Part shown: positions 9,435 through 18,378 of the stretch, one piece after another | How the letters are laid out: every line of letters begins with the position of its first letter | Numbering within the stretch: position 1 is the first letter of the stretch | NCBI GenBank assembly: GCA_963826115.1 | Contig: CAWGVS010000005.1 | Span: 1,888,001-1,952,000, forward strand | Length of the DNA stretch: 64,000 nucleotides | Source of the DNA: an uncultured Candidatus Rokubacteria bacterium | GTDB lineage: Bacteria > Methylomirabilota > Methylomirabilia > Rokubacteriales > DASRDR01 | Reading direction: 5' to 3' | The notes under the pieces: generated by a model | The model's input: the letters and a program-made list of their open reading frames with translations, nothing else | The model's database searches: none | What the model was told of the DNA's origin: nothing | Made by a program: the position numbers and the translations under genes

Positions 9435-9914
9435 TCACGGACCCTCCCGCGCCACGCGCGCCAGCCGCGCGCGCGACGTGATCTTGTCGCCGCGCCAGTA
9501 TTCTCCCACCAGCGTGCCGTCGGATTGCATCGTATAGACGACCCTCGCCTGGACGCGCGGGAGCTCGAGCCGCAGCGCGCCGTCCTCGATGCGGCCGCGG
9601 ACCCGCGTCCAGCCCGGGAAGCCCACCCCGAGGGCGCCCGACACGCCCCACGAGTACACCGCGATGACCTCGGTGGCCTGCTCGTTCTGGATCTCGATCT
9701 CGACCACCAAGACGTGGTCGAGCGCGTCGTCCCACTTGCCGACCCACCGACCCGAGAACTTGGCGTTCTCGCGCGGAACGCTGGTGGGCGGCGGCACCAC
9801 GCGGAGGTCGGGCGGCATGGGCGGCACCGGGATCGGATCCTCGGCGCAGCCCGCCAGGACGATACCCAGCCCTAGCCCCGCGAAGAGCATCGCGGCGCGG
9901 CGGCCGCGCGTCAT
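9435..9914 (-). CDS. Putative lipoprotein
   Basis: MTRGRRAAMLFAGLGLGIVLAGC lipobox, FSGRWVGKW beta-rich domain. Start overlaps the ABC ATPase stop. Confidence 0.75.
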   Translation of the reverse strand: MTRGRRAAMLFAGLGLGIVLAGCAEDPIPVPPMPPDLRVVPPPTSVPRENAKFSGRWVGKWDDALDHVLVVEIEIQNEQATEVIAVYSWGVSGALGVGFPGWTRVRGRIEDGALRLELPRVQARVVYTMQSDGTLVGEYWRGDKITSRARLARVAREGP

Positions 9915-10663
9915 GGCGCGGCGACCCGATCGCCCTGCTGACGAAGCACTTCTTCCATGATCACCTGATTCAGATGGTCCACCAGGGCGTGGCGGTCGCG
10001 CCCTGCGTCGTTCCGGACGAGCTCCCGCACGCGAGCCGGGCGCGCGGACATCAGAACGAGCATGGTGCCGATCGACACGGCTTCCTCGATGGCGTGGGTC
10101 ACGAACACGATGGTCTTCCCCGTCTCTGCCCAGATGCGTCGGATCTCGGCCTGCATGATCCGCCGGTTCTGCGCGTCCAGCGAGCCGAACGGCTCGTCCA
10201 TGAGCAGGAGCTCCGGCTCGATCGCAAGCGCGCGGGCAATGGCGGCCCGCTGTCGCATCCCGCCGGAGACCCGATTCGGATAGTAGCCCTCGAAGCCCGT
10301 GAGGCCCACGAACCGGAGGTAGCGGTGGGCGGCCTCCCGGCGGGCGGCCGGGTCGACCCCGCGCGCCTTGAGCACGAGGGCGACGTTGTCGGCCAGCGTC
10401 ATCCACGGCAACAGCCGGTCCTCCTGGAAGACGACCCCGACGTGGAGGTCGTTGACGCCGCCGTAGGCGATCGGCCGGCCGTCGACTCTCACCTCGCCCG
10501 TGGTCGGCGGCTCGAGCCCGCCCAGGATTCTGAGGAGCGTCGTCTTGCCGCACCCGTTCGGGCCGAGCAGGCACACGAACTCACCCTTCTCGGCCTGGAG
10601 CGAGACCGCCTCCAGGACCGGGATCGAGTACCGCTTCGAGACCTCGCGCACCTCGAGCTTCAT
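9911..10663 (-). CDS. NitT/TauT-type ABC transporter ATP-binding protein
   Basis: GPNGCGKT, VFQEDRLLPW, VSGGMRQR, LLMDEPF, VTH. Start at ATG 10663. Confidence 0.93.
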   Translation of the reverse strand: MKLEVREVSKRYSIPVLEAVSLQAEKGEFVCLLGPNGCGKTTLLRILGGLEPPTTGEVRVDGRPIAYGGVNDLHVGVVFQEDRLLPWMTLADNVALVLKARGVDPAARREAAHRYLRFVGLTGFEGYYPNRVSGGMRQRAAIARALAIEPELLLMDEPFGSLDAQNRRIMQAEIRRIWAETGKTIVFVTHAIEEAVSIGTMLVLMSARPARVRELVRNDAGRDRHALVDHLNQVIMEEVLRQQGDRVAAP

Positions 10664-10731
10664 CGGAGGTTCATCGTACCGTACCGGTCGACCCCCGTGG
10701 AGCTTTCGAAAGGGCCGCGGGGGGGGCGGAA

Positions 10732-11502
10732 TCAGCGCCAGCGCTCGAGCCGGCGCGTCAGCGCATCGAACACGAGCTTGTCGGTCACGAGCATGATGGC
10801 GACCATCACCAGCGCCCAGGCGAAGACCATCTGGGTCGCGAGGATCTCTCGGCTGTAGTTCATGACGTAGCCGATGCCGCTGGTCACGCCGAAGATCTCC
10901 GCGACCACCGAGACCTTGAGCGCGAGCCCGAAGCCCACCTTCATGCCCGCGACCAGGTGAGGCACCGTCGACGGGATGACGATCGACCGGAAGCTCTCCC
11001 ACCCCGAGAGACGGTACACCTGGCCCATCTCCAGGAGACGGCGGTCGACGCTCGCGACCCCTTCCACCACGTTGGCCGCCACGACGGGCAGCGTGATCAT
11101 GAACGTGGTGAAGATCGGCGCCATGTTGGTCAGCCCGAACCAGATGAGTGACACGACGATCCACACGAAGACCGAGGTCGAGTTGAGGACCGTCACCACG
11201 TCGGCGACCGCGATCCGCGCCGACCGCCACAGGAAGGAGGCGAGCCCCATCAGGAGCGCGACGACCAGCGCGCTCCCGAAGCCGATCACGATGCGGTAGA
11301 GGGACGCGCCCGCGTGCGTCCACACCTCGCCCGTGCGGATGACGCCCGCCAGGCCCTGCGCCACGGACCAGGGCGACGGCATCACGTACGCCCCGTAGCG
11401 GCGCGCGACTGCCTCCCAGACGACCAGGACGACCGCCAGGACCAGGAACGACGGAAGCCGGAGCCGCTCGCTCCAGCGCGCCGCCGACCCCGGCGAGCTC
11501 AG
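10732..11502 (-). CDS. NitT/TauT-type ABC transporter permease (probable CTG start)
   Basis: WE...PSPWSV, SLYRIVIGF, LKVSVVAEIFG..SGIGY. No in-frame ATG near the expected start; CTG at 11502. Confidence 0.85.
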   Translation of the reverse strand: MSSPGSAARWSERLRLPSFLVLAVVLVVWEAVARRYGAYVMPSPWSVAQGLAGVIRTGEVWTHAGASLYRIVIGFGSALVVALLMGLASFLWRSARIAVADVVTVLNSTSVFVWIVVSLIWFGLTNMAPIFTTFMITLPVVAANVVEGVASVDRRLLEMGQVYRLSGWESFRSIVIPSTVPHLVAGMKVGFGLALKVSVVAEIFGVTSGIGYVMNYSREILATQMVFAWALVMVAIMLVTDKLVFDALTRRLERWR

Positions 11503-11521
11503 CCCCGCCAGAAGAGCTCCT
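11496..11521. repeat. Imperfect direct repeat of the substrate-binding gene 3' end (partner at 13921-13949)
   Basis: AGCTCAGCCCCGCCAGAAGAGCTCCT versus AGCTCAGGCGGGCCGCCAGAAGAACTCCT. Confidence 0.7.
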
Positions 11522-11915
11522 CGGTGGCAGACCGCGAATGCCACGCGGACTTGACGGACATCGGGTCGCAGATCACGGCGAATCGTGGCATGAGACGCAA
11601 CCTCCCCGCAACCGACCGACCCACGCGTCCGGCCCGCTGGCCCCCAGGGCAAACCGACTTGCCCTCGTGCTCGGCCGGGACCGAGCCTGGAGCAATGACC
11701 CCCGGCCAAGCCCGCCTCCCTCCGACCACCACCCCACTGACCAACCGGACCTCCACGCCGGGCATCGGTCGGGTGCGGACAATCTCGTGAGACTTCACAG
11801 CTAGTTCCCGTCTCGTGGCCGGTGGCGATCGACCATGCCCATTGCCGAATGCCCAGTGGCTGGTAGGCTCGGGCCAGGGAAACGGCCACACCCCCTGGAC
11901 AGTGGCCCCTACCTC

Positions 11916-11944
11916 TTGACACAAGGTGAATGATAGTTCACTAT
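11916..11944 (+). promoter_or_regulatory. Putative XRE promoter with palindromic operator
   Basis: TTGACA 11916-11921, 17-bp spacer, CACTAT 11939-11944. Inverted repeat GTGAA-N6-TTCAC at 11926-11941. Confidence 0.55.
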
Positions 11945-12149
11945 GGCAACGACACCGAGACAGATGGGCATGCGACTCAAGCGGCTCCGCACGGTGAAGA
12001 AGATGAGTCAGGCGGCCCTGGCGAAGCGGGCCGGGCTGACCCGGGAATACGTGAACAAGCTGGAAGCGGGAAAGCAGGACCCGTCTTTGACCACGATCAA
12101 CGCGCTCGCCAAAGCCCTCGGCGTGCCGGTGACCGCGCTGCTGGAATGA
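11943..12149 (+). CDS. XRE-family helix-turn-helix regulator (controller-protein-like)
   Basis: GMRLKRLR...SQAALAKRAGLTREYVNKLEAGKQDPSLTTINALAKAL. The true start may be ATG 11964. Confidence 0.9.
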   Translation: MATTPRQMGMRLKRLRTVKKMSQAALAKRAGLTREYVNKLEAGKQDPSLTTINALAKALGVPVTALLE

Positions 12150-12175
12150 CCTTCATGGCTGGAGTGACTTTCATG
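12140..12175 (+). repeat. 18-bp tandem duplication over the XRE stop codon
   Basis: GCTGGAATGACCTTCATG then GCTGGAGTGACTTTCATG (16/18 identical). Confidence 0.8.
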
Positions 12176-12189
12176 TAAGGGAGGCTCTT

Positions 12190-12603
12190 ATGCGTCGGAG
12201 ACGTCAACCTCAGAACTTTCAGCACCGGGCGCCAAGACGGAGTTCAGCGAAGAACGTTACGGCGCCAGTCCCTGTCAACTCGCCCCGCGATGAGCGTCTG
12301 GTGGCGCTCGAGGTCGGTTTGATCCAGGGGACCGTATCCGTGCTCCGGGCCACGGTCCCGCTGGCGTCACTTCTGGTGCATCACCCGCAGACTCTCCATC
12401 GCGCTCGGGCATCGCTCCGCGATGAGTCCTCGCACCACGCGGCCGTCGTCCAGCGCGTCTTGGCGGGAGCCATGGTGTGGCACGTCTACCGAGACGAGGC
12501 TGGTGCGCTCGTGATGTACGACGACTACGCGGCGTATCTCGTAGCCCAGGAACTGGGGCACCAGACAATCGAGGTCGACATTCTCGCGCCGAACGCGGCC
12601 TAG
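12190..12603 (+). CDS. Hypothetical protein, possible ParB/sulfiredoxin-like fold
   Basis: SD AGGGAGG upstream. C-terminal LVMYDDYAAYLVAQELGHQTIEVDIL resembles the ParB-N pattern (I.DGHHR..A...LG...I.V.I). Confidence 0.6.
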   Translation: MRRRRQPQNFQHRAPRRSSAKNVTAPVPVNSPRDERLVALEVGLIQGTVSVLRATVPLASLLVHHPQTLHRARASLRDESSHHAAVVQRVLAGAMVWHVYRDEAGALVMYDDYAAYLVAQELGHQTIEVDILAPNAA

Positions 12604-12791
12604 ACACGAACACGCCCCCGCGCGGTGTCGGCGCACCGCCGGGGGCTGGCCCACCGCACACCGTTACCCGCCGGCCAGTGGCCGAAGCACATCTGCCGGG
12701 ACGACGGCGGGGCCACCTTCCACGCCCGGCGATTCCGGTCACCAGCCGCCGCCCCCGCGCAATCCGGTCAGGGACTTCTGCGATTGGTGGG

Positions 12792-13045
12792 CTTCCCCAT
12801 GTTGGCCGCCACGACGTGCAGCGTGATCACGAACGTCGTGGAGTCGCGATGCGGCAGAGCGAGGCGCCCGTGCGCTTCCACACCTCGCCGGTGGCGACGA
12901 GGCCGACGAGGCCCCGAGCAACCGATCCCAGGGACGGTGCATGACATAGGCGCCGTAGTGGCGCGAGGCGGCCTCCCACACCACGAGGAGCACCGCCCAG
13001 GACAACCAGCGGCGGGAGCCGGAGCCCGACGCTCCAGCTCCCGCC
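12792..13045 (-). pseudogene. Decayed, internally deleted copy of the NitT/TauT permease 5' half
   Basis: 12801-12840 matches 11071-11110 at 37/40 nt. Broken-frame translations AVLLVVWEAASRHYGAYVM and TTFVITLHVVAAN match the intact permease. Confidence 0.88.
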
Positions 13046-13199
13046 GCCAGCGCTTACCGGAAGGGCCGTCAGGCAGACAGGCGCCGCGCGAACGCGCCGA
13101 ATTTCGGAGGGTCGTGAAGCACGGCGAATCCTGGCACGGCCCGCGACCCGTCTGCAACCTGGGCGAGCTTGCGGCAGCTTCGCCTGTCCCCCAGCGCGA

Positions 13200-13748
13200 T
13201 CAGAGGTCCTCGAGATATCCGGCCACGACGAACTGCCCCTGGCCGATCCCGGTCCCGCTGCTACGGAACGCGAACACGTGGATCGAGCCCTCGGCGGGGA
13301 TCTTGACGACCTGGCCTACGACGAAAGCGTCCGAGGAAGCCCCCGAGGGGAGGGGGAAGGTGCCATGGGGATGTGCCAGGACGCGGTGAAACACGGACGT
13401 TGTCCCGAAGCCCGTGTTGAGCTCGATCTGGACCTTCTGGCCGACAGGCACCCCGAAGGTTCCCGAGACGTACTCGATGATCAGCCGCTTCCCCTCCGGG
13501 ACTGGGATGTCCCCGTGGCCCCCCGGGCCCGCCTGCGCCAGTCCGTCTTCCCAGAACATGTCGACGGACCCGTGGAAGGGCTGGCGCGCCGGGCGCACCG
13601 GAACCGGGCTCTCCGTCGGGTTCACGACGATGACCTCGCGGGGCGGCGGGGCGGCGGCGCTCCCGCCAGGCCCGAGGGCGGGCGCGAAACCGGCGAGCAC
13701 CAGGACCACAGTTAGGGCGCGGACGAGCCTTGACGACGATCCGTTCAT
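13200..13748 (-). CDS. Secreted hypothetical protein
   Basis: SD GGGAGG, signal peptide, V.VVN...PVPV, RQPF, VPEGKRLIIEYVSG and terminal GYL.D. Confidence 0.75.
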   Translation of the reverse strand: MNGSSSRLVRALTVVLVLAGFAPALGPGGSAAAPPPREVIVVNPTESPVPVRPARQPFHGSVDMFWEDGLAQAGPGGHGDIPVPEGKRLIIEYVSGTFGVPVGQKVQIELNTGFGTTSVFHRVLAHPHGTFPLPSGASSDAFVVGQVVKIPAEGSIHVFAFRSSGTGIGQGQFVVAGYLEDL

Positions 13749-13923
13749 CGCGGACCTCCCTGTTCTGCGCGTTGCGGAACACCGACACCGCGCAGCCTGT
13801 CGTGCATGCTCCCCGGCAACGAGGAGCGGGGCCACACGGGCTGCGCAGCCGCGGGCCCGGTCCACTCCGAGCAAGGCCCGCCCCTTCGGCCGGCCCACGG
13901 AGCTCGGCGACGGGAGGACTAGC

Positions 13924-14943
13924 TCAGGCGGGCCGCCAGAAGAACTCCTTCTTGATGCGGTCCGGGCTGTCCCAGACGTCCGACTTCAGGAAGCCGGTCT
14001 CCTTGATGAGCTTGAGCTGGACCACCAGGGTGTCGATCTGCTCGTCGGACAGGCCGTGCATCATCTGGACCGTCTGTCCGTGCGCGTATTCCACGACCGG
14101 GCGCGGCATCTTCGTGATCTCGGTCGCGATGTCGATCGCCTTCGCCTTGTTCCCGTTCCAGATCTCGACTGCCTCGCGCTGGGCGTCGTTCAGATCCCGG
14201 GGGAAGGTCGGGTGCTTCTCGATGAAGCTCGGGTTCACCACGTAGCACACGTGCACCGGGTAACCCGTGGCACGGCCGGTGGCCTTGCGCCACAGGTCGA
14301 TCTGCTTGGCGACGTACACGCCGTCGCCGCGCTGGACGATGAGGTCGGACACCGGCTGCCACGCGATCACCGCGTCGACGTCCTTCTTCGCGAGCATGGT
14401 CGCCATGTCCGGCGGCGCCTGGGCGGTGATGAGCTGGGTGTCCTTCTGCACGTCGAGCCCGTAGCCCTTGAGCGTCAGGGACCGGATGTCCAGGAAGGTC
14501 GTCGTCCCGACCACCGCCGCGATCTTGCGACCCTTCAGGTCCTCGACCTTGGCGATGCCCGAGTCCTTCCCGGCGACGATCGCCCCCAGCACGGCCGTCG
14601 CCACGCCGGTGACCTTCACGGGAACCCCGTCCTCGAACATCTTCGCCGAGAGCGCGAACGACATGTCGATCGCGTCGACGTGACCGGCAGCGAACGTGTT
14701 GACGAGGCCGGCCGGCGAGCCCGGCACGACACTGTACTCCGCCTGCCAGCCGCGCTTCCCGAGGAGGTCCTCCTTGTGGACGATCTCGCACGCCGCCCAT
14801 CCGAGCTGGAGGTATGCGAAGCGGACCTTGCCCTTGCCCTGCGCCGCGGCGCGGCGCGCGGCGAAGCCGGCCAGCGCGGCGCCGGCCGCCACGCCGGACC
14901 GCAGGAAGTCTCGACGTCTCACCTGCCCTGCCTCAGGTCGCAT
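13924..14943 (-). CDS. NitT/TauT (NMT1/THI5-like) ABC substrate-binding protein, Tat-exported
   Basis: RRRDFL Tat signal, DLKGRKIA, VDAVIAWQP. Confidence 0.9.
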   Translation of the reverse strand: MRPEAGQVRRRDFLRSGVAAGAALAGFAARRAAAQGKGKVRFAYLQLGWAACEIVHKEDLLGKRGWQAEYSVVPGSPAGLVNTFAAGHVDAIDMSFALSAKMFEDGVPVKVTGVATAVLGAIVAGKDSGIAKVEDLKGRKIAAVVGTTTFLDIRSLTLKGYGLDVQKDTQLITAQAPPDMATMLAKKDVDAVIAWQPVSDLIVQRGDGVYVAKQIDLWRKATGRATGYPVHVCYVVNPSFIEKHPTFPRDLNDAQREAVEIWNGNKAKAIDIATEITKMPRPVVEYAHGQTVQMMHGLSDEQIDTLVVQLKLIKETGFLKSDVWDSPDRIKKEFFWRPA

Positions 14944-17029
14944 CGCTCGCCCTCCCTGACTCCGGATTCTCGGGATTCACCAGCACGAGCGCGTCCACGG
15001 CCACCAGCCGGCCGCCCGACGCGATCAGGGGATTCAGGTCTAGCTCCGCTACCTCCGGATGATCCAGCAAGAGGTCACCGACGCGGGTCACGATGTCCGC
15101 CAGCGCGCCCTCGTCCACCGCCGGCGCCCCCCGGTACCCCTCGAGGAGCGCCGCTCGCCGGCCCTCGCGCACCATCGCGCGCGCGTCCTCGGGCGCGAGC
15201 GGCGCGAGCCCGACCGACACGTCGCGGAGCAGCTCGGCCAGCACGCCGCCGAGACCCACCAGCACCACGGGCCCGAAGGTCGGGTCCCGCCGACCTCCCA
15301 CGAGGAGCTCGAGGCCCTGCCGTACTTCCTCCTGCACCAGGAGGGGCCCGGGACCGACGCGGGCCTCGAGGGCGCGCACGGCCCGCGTCAGCGCAGCACC
15401 GTCCCCGACGCCCAGCACGACCCCGCCTCGATCGCTCCGGTGAAGCACGTCGGCGCGCGCCGTCTTGACGACCAGAGGGTAGCCGATCTCCCCGGCGGCC
15501 GACAGGGCCTCGTCCGCCGTGGCGACGATCCGCTCGCGCGGGAACGGCACTCCGTAGGCTTCGAGGAGCAGGCGGGCCTCCTCATGCTCGAGAGGGCCGT
15601 GGGCGGCGCCGAGGCGCACGATCAGGCCCGCGGGCAGAACCGGCGCGTGCCGGCCGGCGGGCATCACGTCCGCGCCCCGCTGGAGCTCGCTGCGTCGGAC
15701 GAGCGCCCGGTACGCCCGCACGGCGCGCTCGGGGCCCGGCACGAGGGGGATCCCGGCCGCGCGGAGACGCGCGTCCATCTCCCGGGTGTCCACCGTGAAC
15801 GCGACGACAGGCTTTCCCGTGGCGGCCTGGGCCGTCACGAGCGCGTCCGCGTACGCGGGGCGGTCCAGGCCGACGTCGATCGCGACGGCGCCCGAGATCT
15901 CGGGCGCCTCGAGGACGAGGCGCACGCTCGGCTCGAAGCCGGCCGGCTCGATCTGGGGCGTCATGTCGACGGGATTTCCGTCGGCGCCGAAGTCCGGCAG
16001 CTGGGCCCGGAGCGCCCGCCGCCGCTCCTCGGACAGGGCCGGCACGCGGAGCCCCGCCGCCTCCGCGGCGTCGGCGGCGACCACCGAGGGTCCGCCCGAG
16101 ATCGTGAGGATCGCGATCGACCGGTCGCGCGGCAGACGCGTCGCGTGGGCCTCGAGCGTCACCATCGCGTCGAACAGCTCCTCGGTCTCGTCGACGGCGA
16201 CGACGCCGGCGGACGCGAACGCGGCGCGGTAGGTCTCCCACGCGCCGGCGAGCGAGCCCGTGTGAGAGCCCACGGCCCGCCGCCCCGCCTCCGCCCGTCC
16301 GCCCTTCAGCGCGACGACCGGCTTCGCCCGGGCGAGGCGACGTGCCGCGGCCACGAACGCCCGACCGTCGCGGATTCCCTCGACGAAGAGTCCCACGACC
16401 CGCGTGTCGGGATCGTCGGCGAGCCATCCGAGGCAGTCCGCGAACCCGAGGTCGGACTGGTTGCCGATCGAGAGGAACTTGGCGACCCCGAGCGAGCGCG
16501 CGCGCACCTCGCGGAAGAAGAGCCCGCCGTAGGCGCCGCTCTGCGACACGAAGGAGATGCCGCCCGGCTGCGCGGGCACGTCCCAGAAGTAGGAGGCATT
16601 GAGCCTCCCGGGGACGTTCACGACTCCCATGCAGTTCGGGCCGACGACGCGCATCCCGCTCGTCCGGGCGATCGCCTCGATCTCGTCCTGGACGGCCCGC
16701 CCGGCGCGTCCCGTCTCCCCGAACCCCGAGGAGAGAACCACGCACATCCGACAGCCCCGCGCGGCCAGCTCGCGCACGGCGGGCAGCACGGCCTTCGCGG
16801 GCAGGCTGACGAGCGCCAGGTCCAGCCCGCGCGGGAGGTCCTCGACGCGCGTCACGGAGGGGCGGCCGAGGATGGGCTCGCCGCTCGGGTTGACGGGGAA
16901 CACCTCGCCCGGGAAACCCGGAGCAACGAGGTTCTGGACGAGCCGGTGGCCGAGCTTCGCCGGGTTCCGCGAGGCCCCGAGGACCGCCACCCCGCGCGGG
17001 GCGAAGAGCGGCGCGAGATCGACGGTCAC
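14933..17029 (-). CDS. ADP-forming acyl-CoA synthetase (acetate-CoA ligase family, alpha+beta fusion)
   Basis: VAVLGAS, VVGPNCMG, SQSGA, SIGNQSD, phospho-His motif SHTGSLAG, C-terminal ATP-grasp DPTFGP/ELDLNP. GTG start 17029. Confidence 0.92.
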   Translation of the reverse strand: MTVDLAPLFAPRGVAVLGASRNPAKLGHRLVQNLVAPGFPGEVFPVNPSGEPILGRPSVTRVEDLPRGLDLALVSLPAKAVLPAVRELAARGCRMCVVLSSGFGETGRAGRAVQDEIEAIARTSGMRVVGPNCMGVVNVPGRLNASYFWDVPAQPGGISFVSQSGAYGGLFFREVRARSLGVAKFLSIGNQSDLGFADCLGWLADDPDTRVVGLFVEGIRDGRAFVAAARRLARAKPVVALKGGRAEAGRRAVGSHTGSLAGAWETYRAAFASAGVVAVDETEELFDAMVTLEAHATRLPRDRSIAILTISGGPSVVAADAAEAAGLRVPALSEERRRALRAQLPDFGADGNPVDMTPQIEPAGFEPSVRLVLEAPEISGAVAIDVGLDRPAYADALVTAQAATGKPVVAFTVDTREMDARLRAAGIPLVPGPERAVRAYRALVRRSELQRGADVMPAGRHAPVLPAGLIVRLGAAHGPLEHEEARLLLEAYGVPFPRERIVATADEALSAAGEIGYPLVVKTARADVLHRSDRGGVVLGVGDGAALTRAVRALEARVGPGPLLVQEEVRQGLELLVGGRRDPTFGPVVLVGLGGVLAELLRDVSVGLAPLAPEDARAMVREGRRAALLEGYRGAPAVDEGALADIVTRVGDLLLDHPEVAELDLNPLIASGGRLVAVDALVLVNPENPESGRASDAT

Positions 17030-17049
17030 CGGATTCTCGCGTCGCGCCG

Positions 17050-18378
17050 TCAGGCGCGGCCGGGGCGCGTGAGCTCCCGGAGGTCCTCGATCTCGTCGAC
17101 GCGGCCGAGCGCGTCGCGGAGACGCCGGGTCTCGGCCGCGCCCATCCGGGGCCCGACGAGGGCCTCGAACTTCGCGCCGAGCTCGCGCCGGAGTCGCTCC
17201 GGATCTCGGCCGAGCCGGAGGTCCCCGACCCGCTCCCGGACCGACCCGTCGCGGAGCCGCACGACGGCCCGCGCGCGGGACTCGTCGAGCTCGGCCTGGG
17301 GCGAGAGGCGCACGCGCTCCGCCAGCGCCCGCGTCGCGAGATCCCGGACCGCCTCGGCGGTGAAGTGCTCCTCGACGACGCGGCCGCGGAGGAGCGCGCT
17401 CGCGGCGCAGTAGGTCATGCTGAACTTGCCGCCGAGGCCCGTCTCGGGACGGCGCTGGTCGGCCACCAGGAGGGTCGTGCGGCAGACATCGAGGTCCACG
17501 CTCTCGATCGCCGCGGGGTCGACCTCCGTGCGGAGATCGAGGAGCGCCGTGAGAGCCGCGTGCGTCGCGAAGCAGCACGGGAAGCGCTTGAAGAACACCT
17601 CGTTCACGGCCCAGTCGCGGCCGAGCCCCTCGGCCAGGCGGGCGGGCGCCCAGTCCGGCGACAGCCGCCGCGCCCAGGTGTCGCGGTCGAGCACGCCCGC
17701 CGGGCCCGTCACGCCGCGCGCGGCAAGCATCGCGGCCAGGAGCCCGTCCGCCGCCGCGCGACCGACCTGGAACGGCTTCCCCATCGTGCCGAACGACTCG
17801 TGAATCCCGCCGAGCTGGGCGGCCGCCAGCCCGACTGCGCGATCGATCCCCGCCGCGTCCAGGCCCAGGAGCCGCCCGCACGCCGCCGCACCCCCGAGCC
17901 TGCCCAGGGTCGCCGTGGCGTGCCAGCCGGCACGGTAGTGCCCCGGCGCGAGCGCGCGCGAGATCCGGCACATCACCTCGACGCCCAGCACGAACGCGGC
18001 GAGGACGTCGCGACCCTCCGCCCCCGTCGTCTCCCCGAGCGCGAGGAGCCCCGGCAGGAGCGGCGCCGTCACGTGACCCGGCAACGCGAGCACGGTGTCG
18101 TCGTAGTCGAGCGCGTGCGACGCGGTCCCGTTCCAGAGGGCCGCGGTCACCGGCGAGGCCGTGCGGTCCGTCCCCAGGACCGACGCCGGGCCGGCCGGCT
18201 CCGGCACGGCCTCGCGGAGCAGCTGGGCGACCGGCTCGTCGACGCCGCCCACCGTGACGCCCCACCAGTCGAGCACGGCCAGGCGGCCCATCTCGACCGC
18301 CGCCTTCGGCAGCGCCTCGAAGGGCGTCTCCGCCACCAGGGCGAGCAGCTCGGCCCCCGGAGTCCTCGCGCCGCTCAT
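17050..18378 (-). CDS. MmgE/PrpD family protein
   Basis: NGTASHALDYDD, GWHAT, FGTMGKP, KRFPCCFATH, KFSM. Confidence 0.9.
   Translation of the reverse strand: MSGARTPGAELLALVAETPFEALPKAAVEMGRLAVLDWWGVTVGGVDEPVAQLLREAVPEPAGPASVLGTDRTASPVTAALWNGTASHALDYDDTVLALPGHVTAPLLPGLLALGETTGAEGRDVLAAFVLGVEVMCRISRALAPGHYRAGWHATATLGRLGGAAACGRLLGLDAAGIDRAVGLAAAQLGGIHESFGTMGKPFQVGRAAADGLLAAMLAARGVTGPAGVLDRDTWARRLSPDWAPARLAEGLGRDWAVNEVFFKRFPCCFATHAALTALLDLRTEVDPAAIESVDLDVCRTTLLVADQRRPETGLGGKFSMTYCAASALLRGRVVEEHFTAEAVRDLATRALAERVRLSPQAELDESRARAVVRLRDGSVRERVGDLRLGRDPERLRRELGAKFEALVGPRMGAAETRRLRDALGRVDEIEDLRELTRPGRA

Noticed and set aside
11499-11924. 141-aa minus-strand ORF in the insertion
   Set aside because: No family motif, SD or typical codon pattern. 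Only its last codons are informative, as a remnant of the binding-protein gene end.
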